From Actinomycetota bacterium (GTDB lineage: Bacteria > Actinomycetota > Acidimicrobiia > Acidimicrobiales > JACCXE01): a DNA stretch of 47,268 nucleotides. How positions within the stretch are numbered: position 1 is the first letter of the stretch; each line of letters begins with the position of its first letter. The translations under genes and the position numbers were made by a program. Under the pieces are notes generated by a model. That model was not told the DNA's origin and searched no databases. It saw only the letters and a list, made by a program, of their open reading frames with translations. Below are positions 8,257 through 18,700 of this stretch, one piece after another. The DNA is taken from assembly GCA_041166285.1 (NCBI GenBank), contig JBEEFR010000043.1:1-47268 (forward strand), given 5' to 3'.

Positions 8257-9127
8257 CGAAGGGCGCGTGCCGGTGCGCGACGGGCGCGTCTTCGGCGTCG
8301 CCGAGTTCGGCGTGCCGCAGGCCGAACAGACAGTCCTGTGGTTCCACGGCACACCGGGCGCGCGCCGCCAGGTCCCCGAACCCGCCCGCCGCTACGCCGA
8401 CGAGCACGGCGTGCGCATCATCGGCATGGACCGGCCGGGCGTCGGCCTGTCGACCCCGCACCTGTACCACCGCCTCGACGAGTACGCCCTCGACCTCGAG
8501 GTCGCGCTCGAACACCTCGGCGTCGACCGCTGCACCATCGTGGCGTTGTCGGGTGGCGCGCCGTTCGCCCTCGCGGCGGCGCACGCGTTCGGCGACCAGC
8601 GCGTCCCGACGCTCGGGATCCTCGGCGGCGTCGTGCCGACCGAAGGCGAAGAAGGCATCGGCGGTGGCGCCGTCAGCCTGGCGACGCGCTTCCGGCGCCT
8701 GCTGCCGCTGTTCGCGGAACCGTCGGGCGCGGCGTTGACGGCCTTCGTACGCGCAGCGCGCCCCGTCGGCGGTCACGTGCTCGACCTCTGGGCGCGCTTC
8801 TCACCGCCCGGAGACAAGGTTGTGCTCGCCACGCCGGAACACAAAGAGATGTTCCTCGACGACCTCGGCCACAACGGCGGCCACAGCATGCGCGCCATCG
8901 TGTACGACGCGATCCTGTTCACGCGACCGTGGGGATTCAACGTGCGCGACGTGACGGCGCGTGTCACGTGGTGGCAAGGCGACGAGGACAACATCGTGCC
9001 GATGTCACACGCCGAGCACATCGTGCCGCTACTGCCGCACGCCGAGTTGCGCATCATGCGCGGCGGCGGTCACCTGAGCGCGCTCGGCATCGGTGTCGAA
9101 GTGCTCGAAACCGTTCTTCAGTGGTGA
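8234..9127 (+). CDS. Alpha/beta hydrolase
   Basis: FHGTPG, DRPGVG.S, ALSGGAP nucleophile elbow, W.GDED..VP, GGH. Confidence 0.9.
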   Translation: MTITPPRYEGRVPVRDGRVFGVAEFGVPQAEQTVLWFHGTPGARRQVPEPARRYADEHGVRIIGMDRPGVGLSTPHLYHRLDEYALDLEVALEHLGVDRCTIVALSGGAPFALAAAHAFGDQRVPTLGILGGVVPTEGEEGIGGGAVSLATRFRRLLPLFAEPSGAALTAFVRAARPVGGHVLDLWARFSPPGDKVVLATPEHKEMFLDDLGHNGGHSMRAIVYDAILFTRPWGFNVRDVTARVTWWQGDEDNIVPMSHAEHIVPLLPHAELRIMRGGGHLSALGIGVEVLETVLQW

Positions 9128-10368
9128 GCGTTGTGCTCGCTGCGCACGACGGCGAGGAACCGTTCGACGGCGTGGACGCACGCGTTCACGCGCACCGACG
9201 GGAACACGTCGAAGGCGTGCTGCGCTCCGGGTAGCTCGGCGTAGACAACGGGCTGCGTCGATTCCTTCCGCAGCTCGTCGACGAAGGTGCGCGCTTGGCC
9301 GACGGGCACGATCGAATCGGTCGTGCCGTGAATCACGAAAAAGGGTGGCGCATCGGGGCGCACGTGGCTGATCGTCGACGCCTGCTCCCAGCGCGCGCGA
9401 TCATCGGCGAGCTTGGACTTGAAGACGAGGCGCGAGACGAAGTCCTCCATGTCGACGCGGCTCGTGCCGTGGCGGTTCACGAAGTCGTACACGCCGTAGA
9501 ACGGCACGCACGCCGCAACCGACGTGTCGGCGTCTTCGAAACCTGGCTGGAAGTCGGCAAGGTTCGGCGTGAGCGCGGCGAGCGACGCCAGGTGGCCGCC
9601 GGCAGAGCCGCCGGTGATCACGATGAAGTCGGGGTCACCACCATGCGCCGCGATGTTGGCCTTCGTCCAGGCCAGCGCGCGTTTGACGTCGACGATGTGG
9701 TCGGGCCAGGTGGCGCGGGGCGACAGCCGGTAGTTGGCGGTGACGCACACCCAGCCGCGCTCGGCGAGATGCGCCATGAGCGGCTCGGCTTGGTGCTCCT
9801 TGGACGCGACCGTCCACCCGCTGCCGTGGAACTGCACGAGCACGGGCGCCTTGGCGTCGTTCGGCAGGTCGGCGCGCTTCCAGATGTCGAGGTTGTTGCG
9901 CCTGCCGGCGTCGCCGTAGCTGAGGTCACGGGCGCTGCGATAGCGGCGGTGCAGTCGTTGCGGCGGTGCCACCACTTGCCGACGCGTCAGCGGCACGTCG
10001 GGACGCGGCGCGAACGACGTGTGGATGCGGCGGCGGTAGTCCGAGCCCAACTCGTCGACGAGCGCCTGCTCGAGGATCCCGGCGGCTTTGCCCTGGAGGC
10101 GCTGCGCGTACGCCAGTCCCGCGAAGGACGCGCCGTACGCCGCGAGGCCGAGCGCGCCGCGCCACCCGCGCACGCCACCTTTGCGCGCGAGGAGCGCTCC
10201 CGTCGCCGCTTGGAAGACGGCGGTCGGGATCGGCAGCTCGGACGGCACCATGCCGAACGCGAACGACAAGCCCGACGCCGCGCCTTCGTATGCGGGCGGG
10301 CGCAGGACGTTGGCCGTTTGCGCGGCCGCGGCCGCGCCGGACAGAAGGAAACGGGTCGACGGCTTCAC
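9118..10368 (-). CDS. Alpha/beta hydrolase, HSL-like esterase with N-terminal membrane segment
   Basis: HGSGW oxyanion motif, NYRLSP, GGSAGGHL, HGTTDSIVP, AQHAFD. Confidence 0.9.
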   Translation of the reverse strand: MKPSTRFLLSGAAAAAQTANVLRPPAYEGAASGLSFAFGMVPSELPIPTAVFQAATGALLARKGGVRGWRGALGLAAYGASFAGLAYAQRLQGKAAGILEQALVDELGSDYRRRIHTSFAPRPDVPLTRRQVVAPPQRLHRRYRSARDLSYGDAGRRNNLDIWKRADLPNDAKAPVLVQFHGSGWTVASKEHQAEPLMAHLAERGWVCVTANYRLSPRATWPDHIVDVKRALAWTKANIAAHGGDPDFIVITGGSAGGHLASLAALTPNLADFQPGFEDADTSVAACVPFYGVYDFVNRHGTSRVDMEDFVSRLVFKSKLADDRARWEQASTISHVRPDAPPFFVIHGTTDSIVPVGQARTFVDELRKESTQPVVYAELPGAQHAFDVFPSVRVNACVHAVERFLAVVRSEHNAHH

Positions 10369-10400
10369 GACGTGGGTTTTAGCGCGCCGACCCGGTGAAC

Positions 10401-10841
10401 CTAGGTGCCGAGCGCGGAGCGGGCGTTGTCGACGGCCTGTTCGGCGCTGGCGCGGAGGTCCTTCGCTGTCGCGCGGGCGACCTTGGCAGCCTTGCGGCCG
10501 CGCTTCGCACCCTTGGCGCCCAGATCGCTCGCCGTGGACAGCGCCGACTGCATGCCGTCCTTGACGACGGGCTGCGCCGTCGACAGGAAGCTCGTCAGCG
10601 TCTCGGCCCTGCGCACCTTGCGGCTGCGCCGGAGGCGGGCGAGTTGCTTGGCGGCCTTGGCTTCGTTGCCGCTGAGTCGCCGCAGTTCCTTCTCGACTTT
10701 GGTGAAGCCGGACTCGGCGACGGAGCGGGCAAGGTGCTCAGCGTCGAAGCGACGCTCGGCGCGTTGAAGCTTTTCCTTCTTGCTCCGGAAGTTCACCAAG
10801 CCCAAGGTGCTGATCGATGCGGTCTTTCGTATGACTCCCAT
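10401..10841 (-). CDS. Hypothetical basic, coiled-coil-like protein
   Basis: ATG start, GC3-biased codons, N-terminus MGVIRKTASISTLGLVNFRS, Lys/Arg/Ala-rich helices. Confidence 0.7.
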   Translation of the reverse strand: MGVIRKTASISTLGLVNFRSKKEKLQRAERRFDAEHLARSVAESGFTKVEKELRRLSGNEAKAAKQLARLRRSRKVRRAETLTSFLSTAQPVVKDGMQSALSTASDLGAKGAKRGRKAAKVARATAKDLRASAEQAVDNARSALGT

Positions 10842-10850
10842 GCACTACAT

Positions 10851-10877
10851 GTGCCCGGTTTCGGGGGCCCGCTAACC
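10851..10877 (-). promoter_or_regulatory. Possible SigF/SigB-type stress promoter
   Basis: Minus strand reads GGTTA-N16-GGGCAC, 9 nt before ATG 10841. Resembles the actinobacterial GGWWT-N16/17-GGGTAY consensus. Confidence 0.3.
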
Positions 10878-11282
10878 CCCGAGACGGGCGCAGTCGTAGC
10901 CGCCGTCCGCAAATCCCGCGCTCCACTCGAACACGTTCCAGCATTGGCAGCCGGCGATCACCTGCGACGCGAAGTAGTTGGCGGTGTAGAGCGCCAGGAA
11001 ACGGACGGGTCCGAGCGCCGCCCATTGCACCGAGTGCTTCCACTCGTGGTCGAGCAGCGCCGGGTCGTGGCGCAACCGCTCAGCGGCGTCGGCCTTCACG
11101 TTGATGGTGTTGCCGGTCGTGAAGGCGCTCGACCAACCGCGCTCGCTCAACCAGCCGCCTTCGCACACGACCGTGAGGTGACGGTCGATGCGCACCGTGG
11201 CGCCGGTCGCGGCGTTGACCGCCGCCGTCACCGCGGTGACGAACGCGTTCGCAAATGCGACAACGACATCCGTTCCCGACAC
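10872..11282 (-). CDS. Small HExxH-containing protein (DUF4157-like)
   Basis: AFTTGNTI, LLDHEWKHSVQW and NVFEWSAG motifs. -10 CAGAAT lies 6 nt before the GTG. Confidence 0.75.
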   Translation of the reverse strand: MSGTDVVVAFANAFVTAVTAAVNAATGATVRIDRHLTVVCEGGWLSERGWSSAFTTGNTINVKADAAERLRHDPALLDHEWKHSVQWAALGPVRFLALYTANYFASQVIAGCQCWNVFEWSAGFADGGYDCARLGG

Positions 11283-11358
11283 GCCGCGATTCTGGCAGCA
11301 CGTGCGATCTAGGGTGACGCCACCACGAAGCAGTGGGAATCATTCGGGGGGAAACCAA

Positions 11359-12900
11359 ATGACGACGCCCGCACGCGCGCGCAAGCCGACGGCGAAGAAA
11401 ACCGCGCCGGTCAAGAAGGCCGCGACCGCGAAGCAAACCGCGACCAAGAAGATCGCCGCCAAGAAGGCCGCGCCCGCGAAGAAGACGGCGCGGCCGAAGC
11501 AGTCGGTGGAAGAAGTGCGCGACGTCGCATTCGAGAGCGCGCTCGACACGGCCATCGACGCGGCGGCGCTCGGCGGCGACCCGATCGCCGCGCCGCCTCC
11601 TCCGTCATCACCCAAAGGCAAGGGCGGCTTGTTCGCGGCGTACTACGCGCTCAACGAGTCGGTCGGCACCGCCAGCCTGACGCCGCTGTTCCTGCTGCTC
11701 GGCTTGTCAGCAGTCGAGCGGTTCGACGCCATCGCCTTCGGCGTGTTGTCGCCCGAATTGCAGCAACACTTCCACCTCACTGACGCCAAGATCGCCTCGA
11801 TTTCCGGCCTTACCGCTGCGGTGCCGATCCTGCTGTCCGTGCCGATCGGCAACCTCGCCGACCGCACGAACCGCGTCCGCCTCGCCGTCATCGCCGCGTT
11901 CATCTGGGGCGTCACGTGCGTGCTCACCGGTCTCGCGCCGATCCTGCTGATCTTCATCGTGGCCCGTCTCATCGGCGGCGTGGGCCTGCTGATCAACGAG
12001 CCCGTGCACCCGAGTCTGCTCGCCGACTACTACCCGGCCGAGAGCCTGCCGCGGGTCAACAGCTGGCACCGCCAAGCGGGCACCATCGGCCTCATCGGTG
12101 GCCCGCTCGCCGGCGTGCTCGGCACGGCGATCGGTTGGCGATCGACCTTCGTCGTGCTCGCGCTTCCCACGTTCGTTCTCGCCACCATGCTCACCAAAAT
12201 GAAGGAGCCCCCGCGCGGCGCGACGTTCGGCTTCAACGCCGCCGACGACAAGGCGCCCTCGATCCGCGAAGCGTTCAAGCGCATTCGCGCCATCCGGTCG
12301 CTGCGGCGTACGTGGCTCTCCGCGTTCTTCTTCGGCAGCGGCACGTTGCCGTTTGCCACGTTCCTCAACCTGTATCTCAAGCACGTCTTCCACTTGAAGC
12401 CGACCGGACGCGGCGTCGTCACCGCGATCTTCGGCGGCGCCGGCGCCGTCGGCCTGGCGCTCGCCACCCGCGCCGTCGGCAAGTACACGGTCAAGTACGG
12501 GCTCAAGGCGTTGCCGTTCGTCAGCGGCGGCATGGTGGCGACGCTCGGCGTCGGCATCCTGTTGATGGCGGGCGCGCCCAACATTTGGGTCGCCGGGCTC
12601 TTCTGCGTCGTCGCCGGCATCGGGGCGACGGGGTTCTTGCCGGCGTACCTCACGATGGTGGCGTTCGTGGCGCCCCCGACCCTGCGCAGCCAAGTGTTCT
12701 CGTGGTCGCTGTTGTTCTACGCGCTCGGCGCGCTCACGTTCTCGGGCATCGTCGGCGGCTACATGGACAAGCACGGCGAGCGTCCGGCGTTCGTCCTGCT
12801 CGCCATCCTCGTCATCCTCGGCGGCGCGATCGCGGCTACCGCGAACAAGTTCGTCGACCGCGACGTGCAGCTCGCCCAGGAGGCCGCCGCCGCGTCTTAG
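11359..12900 (+). CDS. MFS transporter with N-terminal Lys/Ala-rich tail
   Basis: GNLADRTNR motif A, SLLADYYP, GWR, two helical halves. ATG 11359 follows a G-rich SD. Confidence 0.88.
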   Translation: MTTPARARKPTAKKTAPVKKAATAKQTATKKIAAKKAAPAKKTARPKQSVEEVRDVAFESALDTAIDAAALGGDPIAAPPPPSSPKGKGGLFAAYYALNESVGTASLTPLFLLLGLSAVERFDAIAFGVLSPELQQHFHLTDAKIASISGLTAAVPILLSVPIGNLADRTNRVRLAVIAAFIWGVTCVLTGLAPILLIFIVARLIGGVGLLINEPVHPSLLADYYPAESLPRVNSWHRQAGTIGLIGGPLAGVLGTAIGWRSTFVVLALPTFVLATMLTKMKEPPRGATFGFNAADDKAPSIREAFKRIRAIRSLRRTWLSAFFFGSGTLPFATFLNLYLKHVFHLKPTGRGVVTAIFGGAGAVGLALATRAVGKYTVKYGLKALPFVSGGMVATLGVGILLMAGAPNIWVAGLFCVVAGIGATGFLPAYLTMVAFVAPPTLRSQVFSWSLLFYALGALTFSGIVGGYMDKHGERPAFVLLAILVILGGAIAATANKFVDRDVQLAQEAAAAS

Positions 12901-15713
12901 GCGGTTACTTGCACGGCGGCGGCGCCGTTGAACTCGCCGTTGTTGTCGATGACCGAACCGCGCTTGACCGTCGCGGTGTCGCGGGGATGCAGATGGGTCT
13001 TGGCGACCCACCGGCCGTTGACGAACTTGGCGCGGACTGCGAACACCTTGCCGGACGCGCGCCGCACTGTCACCGTCGCGACGCGCACCTGCCCCGTCGA
13101 CGCCCACGCGCGGAACGCGCACGTCTCGCACACGGGATTGCCGTCGTCGTCGGCGATCGCCGGGATCGACGACTTGTAGCTACGCGGATAGACCGACGAC
13201 GTGGTGAACGACACCGCGTGGGGATCGACGCGCAGATCGTTGACGGCGACGCCCTCCCACGCGCGCACGCGGAACGGCGCCGACGACAGCGCGTACGCAC
13301 GAGTCCTGCCTCCGACGCGATGACGCCCATGAATGACGAAGCGGTACGTCCCGGCGAGGACTTGTCCGCCGTCGATGTTGGACGGGAAGAAGTCGGCGGC
13401 CTCGAAGTTGGCGCTCCACATCCACGACTGCTCGTTGGTGCGATAAGGCACGACGTCCTGCACGCCGGAGCCGAAGGTCACGAAGCTCTGCACTTCACCG
13501 GACTGGTCGGCGTACGGAGTCCATGAGTTGCCGGCGAGGCGTTCGACGCGGACGACGGGGTTGTCGACGTCGTTGTCGCCGCCGCGCCACTTCACCGTCG
13601 CGGCGTCGAAGCGATGCGTGTCCTTCGGTTGCACCACGATCGCAGGATCGCCGACGTCGTTCGGCAGCGACGCGTTCCACGCGTTGTACGCGGCCGACGA
13701 TGCCTGCCCGATCGCCAGCGCCGTCGCTTGTTGGCGCGCTTCGTCCGCGGCCGCGAACGCTGCCAGTGGTTCGCCCGCGGGCAGCGCCGCGCCTTGCAAC
13801 GACGCCGCCATGCGCACGAGACGCGTGACCATGTAGTCGGCGGTGTGCGGGCCGTACGACGTGAGCGCTTTGCGGTAGTGGTCGAAGCTCATGTACATCC
13901 GGTAGCTGACGGTGTAGCCGTTGTAGTCGCCGGTGTGGCCAAGGCCGACGGTGAGCTTGTAACCCGGGGCTCCGAGGTTCTGGACCTCTTCCTTGGTGAA
14001 GTTGCCCTTGATGAGTTTCGGATCCGCGGGCTCCGAGTTGGCCGTCGCCGCGCTGGCGACGTCGTCCCAGCCGCGCGCGTCGTTGTGTACCTGCGCCACC
14101 ATGCGCTCGAACGCCGCGTTCGTGACCTTGAGGCTGCGGTCGCCGAACACCTTGCTCTGCGGCAGGCCCGGGTTGGGGCAGCGCCATGTGTGGTCGGGTT
14201 GCGGATCGCAGTACGGCGCCCAGTCGAAGCCGTCGTAAATGTTGCCGCGGACCGCGTCGGTACGGCTCTCCAGGTTCTTGATGAGGTCGACCTGGGGCTC
14301 GCACGAACACGACGCCAGCAAGATGTCGCCGATGCGCACCGCCTGCAGGTGGATGCGGTAGTTCTCCTCGACGGCGTCCTTCGACGGCGCGTCGTAGTTC
14401 TCGGGCACCGGCACGCCGAGCCCCTTCAGGGTCTGGAATGTGTCGCTGTTCGTGTCGGTCTGGCCGTCGAAGAGCCGTTGGCAGTCCGGCAGGCCGACGG
14501 CGGGCGCGCCCGGGTCGCCTTCGACGGTCGGTTCGGTACGGCAGTTGCCGACGCTCGGATACGGATGCGAAACCGGCCCGGGTACCCAGCCGTCGAACAC
14601 GGCGACGGGCGCGTCGGTCGTCCACGGGATCGTGCCGCGGTTGGCGCCGATCTGGTTGAACCCGGCGACGACCTTGTCGGCGAGATAACGGGCGTGGCGT
14701 TCGGCCTGCGCGTACCCGCGGTGCGAAAAGGAGCGGACGATCCCGGGACCGATCCGGTCGCTCAGATCATCCGCCGGTTCGGAACTGCCGACGTCGCCCT
14801 GGCTGAATACGAGCGGCGCGCCGACGTCGCGCGCCACGAATCGCTCGAGCGGCGCGATGTAGTCACCCGAGATCAGGTTGTAGCCGTCGAGAGACTCGGG
14901 GTGGACGCCGTAGTTCATCCACACCGCGAGTGGCTTCGGCGACGCGCCCGAGATGTCGTCGAACCGCAACACGACGACGCCCTTGTCATTCTCGTACTGC
15001 GGATAACCCGACGGGCTGTGGTCGTCGGCGATCGCGCCGCCGGGCGCGTTGCGGTAGTCGCCGCCGCCTTCGACCGTCGTGGCTCCGAGTCGGACAGGCT
15101 TGAGGTTCGCTTCGGCGTGTTCAATCGCCTGCGCCATGGCGCGCGCCTGGTACTCGAACATGCGCAGGTCCATGACGTCCTGGAACAGCCACACACCTAC
15201 CGAAGGCGTCGTGTAGTACGGCGAATTGTGGTTGTGCGTTGCGCTGTAGAGGATGTGATCCGTCGTAACGCGCGAACCGTGACGCGCCAGCAGCTGACCG
15301 ACGCGGCGCACGAGCATGTCCTGCGCGAGGTAGTTGTCGCTCTTCAGTAGCGCGACCGTCGCGCCGGCGGCGCCCTGGACGACGATGGCGCGCACCGAAA
15401 GGCGCGACTGCACGCCGTAACTGGGCGCGCGCTTCGTGGCGTGCATGTTCGGGTCGCTCGGGGCGCTCAGGAGCAACGCGGGGTCGAGCTCGGGAACCTC
15501 TTGGTCTTGCAGGCTTTCGAGCCAGTCCTCGCCTTCGAGGCCGGGACGACCGCTGGCGTACTGGCCGGCCGACGCACCGACGTTGAACGTCGCGTCGACG
15601 ACGCCGACGCCGGCGCGCAAGCCGCCCGTCTTCCCATCGGCGGCGGTGGCCGGATGCGTCACCGCGCCGAGCAGCGCGGCGATCACGGCGACGGCCGCGA
15701 CGCAGAACTTCAC
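12897..15713 (-). CDS. Secreted neutral/alkaline ceramidase-like hydrolase
   Basis: Signal peptide, LRAGVG..DAT, RLSVRAIVV, SATHNH, NYGVHPES, QGDVG and DYNGY motifs; beta-rich C-terminus. Confidence 0.7.
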   Translation of the reverse strand: MKFCVAAVAVIAALLGAVTHPATAADGKTGGLRAGVGVVDATFNVGASAGQYASGRPGLEGEDWLESLQDQEVPELDPALLLSAPSDPNMHATKRAPSYGVQSRLSVRAIVVQGAAGATVALLKSDNYLAQDMLVRRVGQLLARHGSRVTTDHILYSATHNHNSPYYTTPSVGVWLFQDVMDLRMFEYQARAMAQAIEHAEANLKPVRLGATTVEGGGDYRNAPGGAIADDHSPSGYPQYENDKGVVVLRFDDISGASPKPLAVWMNYGVHPESLDGYNLISGDYIAPLERFVARDVGAPLVFSQGDVGSSEPADDLSDRIGPGIVRSFSHRGYAQAERHARYLADKVVAGFNQIGANRGTIPWTTDAPVAVFDGWVPGPVSHPYPSVGNCRTEPTVEGDPGAPAVGLPDCQRLFDGQTDTNSDTFQTLKGLGVPVPENYDAPSKDAVEENYRIHLQAVRIGDILLASCSCEPQVDLIKNLESRTDAVRGNIYDGFDWAPYCDPQPDHTWRCPNPGLPQSKVFGDRSLKVTNAAFERMVAQVHNDARGWDDVASAATANSEPADPKLIKGNFTKEEVQNLGAPGYKLTVGLGHTGDYNGYTVSYRMYMSFDHYRKALTSYGPHTADYMVTRLVRMAASLQGAALPAGEPLAAFAAADEARQQATALAIGQASSAAYNAWNASLPNDVGDPAIVVQPKDTHRFDAATVKWRGGDNDVDNPVVRVERLAGNSWTPYADQSGEVQSFVTFGSGVQDVVPYRTNEQSWMWSANFEAADFFPSNIDGGQVLAGTYRFVIHGRHRVGGRTRAYALSSAPFRVRAWEGVAVNDLRVDPHAVSFTTSSVYPRSYKSSIPAIADDDGNPVCETCAFRAWASTGQVRVATVTVRRASGKVFAVRAKFVNGRWVAKTHLHPRDTATVKRGSVIDNNGEFNGAAAVQVTA

Positions 15714-18700
15714 GCGTGCCTCATCACGCGTCGCACGACCAGCGCCAGTGCGACCACGACAATTGCGACCGTCTTGGCTTCGTCACCGCCGCCGGTACGC
15801 GGCAACACTCCCGTCGGCAGCGCGTAGGTCGCCGCGAAGCCGACGTTGCCCGACTCGTCGATGGCGCGCACGAACACTTTGGTCGCGCCGCCGATCGACG
15901 CGAGATGCACCGTCGACGTCCCGGCGGGGACGTCCACCGACGCGCCGCCCGCACTGACGCGGTACGTGCGCGCCGCGCCGCACTTGCCGTCGTCGCCCGT
16001 CGGCGTGAACGACACGACGACTCCGCCGTCCGCAGGCGTGACGCTGGTGATGCTCGGCGTCCCGGGACGATCGGCGTCGGTGCCGTACGCGCCGGTGTTG
16101 CGCAGATCGTGGCCGTTCTTCGGCCACTCGTTCGCTTGGCAGACGTTGCCGCCGGTGCGCCACAAGAACAGGTTGCCGTCGCGGGTGGCGAGCGCCAGCT
16201 CGAGCTTGCCGTCGCCGTCCATGTCGCCCGCGCCCGCAGACGCCACTGCCCACCCGCCGGTGAACTTCGGGAACCCGGCGACCGGCAGACCGTTGGCGCC
16301 GTAGGCCGCGAGGTCGTACATCGCCGAAGCTTGGAGCACCTCGGCTTTGCCGTCGCCGTTGACGTCGAGGATCACGGGAGTGTTGATGAACTGCAGGTCG
16401 TTCATCTGCGCCGGGAAGCCAGGGTCGAAGGCGCCGCTCGACGAGTTCCACATCGACAGGTGGTCTTCGGCCAGCAGCTGCTGTTCGGGGATCACCACGT
16501 CGAGCAGCCGGCGCGTTCCCGTCGCGCCCATCGCGAAGTCGACGCGGTTCGACCCGACGCGACCGAACACGCCGCCACCGAGCGACGCGACCGACGGCAG
16601 GTCGCTAGCGGTGCTGCCGGGCCCGGGCTGCGTCGTGGCCGCGGTGACGTACTTACCGTTGCGCGCGCCGTAGTGGCTCGACCCGTCACGGTTCAGCAAG
16701 TACGCCGGCCCGCCGATCGACGCGGTGCCGATCTCGAACTTCCCGTCGCCGTCGACGTCGGCCATCGTCGGCGTCCCATTCGAGCCCTCGCCCACGTACG
16801 GCAACAGTTCGAGGTCGAGCATGGCAATCGCCACCGGCCAGCCGGCGACGTAGGCCTGGTCGTCGGGGTTCGGCGTCGCTGCGGTCGCCGCCGTCTGCGG
16901 GTGCGCGGTGCCGTCGTGGTGCAGCAAGTACGTGCGCGTGTTGCCCGGCGTGACGACCGCACTCACGACTTGGGCGACGGGATCGACGGTGTTGGGTGTC
17001 TCCTCGTACTCCTCGTTCACGTTCACTGCGACTTCGAGGTTGCCGTCGCCGTCTACGTCGCCGACCGACGGCGTCGCCAGCACCTTGCGCCCGAAGTGCG
17101 CGCCGGCGTTGTCGTTGTACGTCACGCGATGCGTGACGGGGTCGACCGCTTTCACCTTCGTCGGATCGCGCAGTAGCACGGGCCACCCCGCGACGGGCGA
17201 GCCGTCGGCGTGCCACGCGTAGACGTGACCGTCGTTCGAGCCGGCGATCAGTTCGAGGCCGGGTACGGCGCGGTCGAGGTCGGCGGCTGCCGGCTGCGAC
17301 GTGAAGGCGCGGCCGACGGTGTTGAGGTGGTCGCGGGCGTCGGCCGGGCCGTCGTCGTCACAGCGCGCGTGCAACACGACGTTGCACGAGGTCTCGTACG
17401 AGTAGGCGCGGTTGCCGCGCACCGGAAACCCGTGGACCGACGTGCCGTCGTGATGCCACAGATGCAGGTCGCCTTCGATGTCGGCGACGCCGACTTCGGG
17501 CGCGCCGTCACCGTCCACATCCGCGACCACCGGCGCGCCGGTGAGGATCGCGGCGTACACCGTCTTCGGCACATCGCCGCGCGTGAAGCCGTTCTTGCCG
17601 CTCGACCGCAGCGCGATCGGGCGGGTGTGCACGGGCCAGCCCGCGGCCTCGGAGCCGTCGGCTTTGTAGGCGTGGACGTAGCCGTTGCCGTCGCCCATCA
17701 TGAGTTCGTCGCGACCGTCGTTGTCGAGGTCCTCGAACGCCGGCGAGCCTGCGCCGTCGCCGTCCAGAAAACGCGGCCACCCGGCGACGAGGCCCGGATC
17801 GTCGTGGGCGAACGCCTGATGCTGCGCGATCGCGGTTTGCCACGGCTGGTCGCCGGTCTTGACGACGACACGAACGCGGAACGCATCCTTCTCGGGCAGC
17901 GAGCGCGCCGTCGGATCGTCTGCGCGTGTGTAGGGCGGAACGGCACTGTCGATGGCGGCACGGACTTCCGCGAGGTTGATCGTGGCGAGCGTGCCCGCGA
18001 CGGGCGCACTGGCGCTGGCGTGCTTCACCGTGGTCCACGTCTCGGTCGCGGGCCAGCGCGGCGGTTGCACGCCCGGCGCGTACTGCACCTCCCACGTGAA
18101 GTGATCGGCGCGCGGCGCGGCGACGCGGCCCGTCACCTTCACGCTCCCCTTCGCCGCCAGTGGTTCCCACCACCGCGGCGACGAGATGTCGGCCTCGGGC
18201 GGGATGTGGCCGGCGGCGACGAGGCGCACGAGGTCGTCGCTGCGGATGCGGCCCCACCCGCTGATCTGGTCCCACCCCGCGGTCGTGACGAACCGCGTGG
18301 TAGCGGGCAGCGACGTGGCGAAGTTGTTCGGCGGCCCCGGCGGCTTCGGTGTGGAGAAGTCGATGTCTTGCGCCGCGAGGCGGAACAGTTGCTTGGCTTC
18401 CTCCGCGGAGATCGGCTTGCCCGACGCGTCGGGTTGGATGACACCCTTCTGCACGGCGTTGCGCGCCGCGGAGTACACGAGCCCCGCCATGCCCGCGCTC
18501 TGCGCGACGGCGTCGGACGAACACGAACTCGACGCCACGCTCACCCAGATGTAGCCGCCGAAGTTGGTGCAGCCGTTGAACGCCAGCCACGTCGCGGGGT
18601 GCTGGACCTGGTCGACGGCGTGGGTGACGGAGTTGACGACCATGGCATGGTTCAGCGCCGACGGCTGGTTGTGGTGACCCGCGGACTCGTCGGCGGCCGA

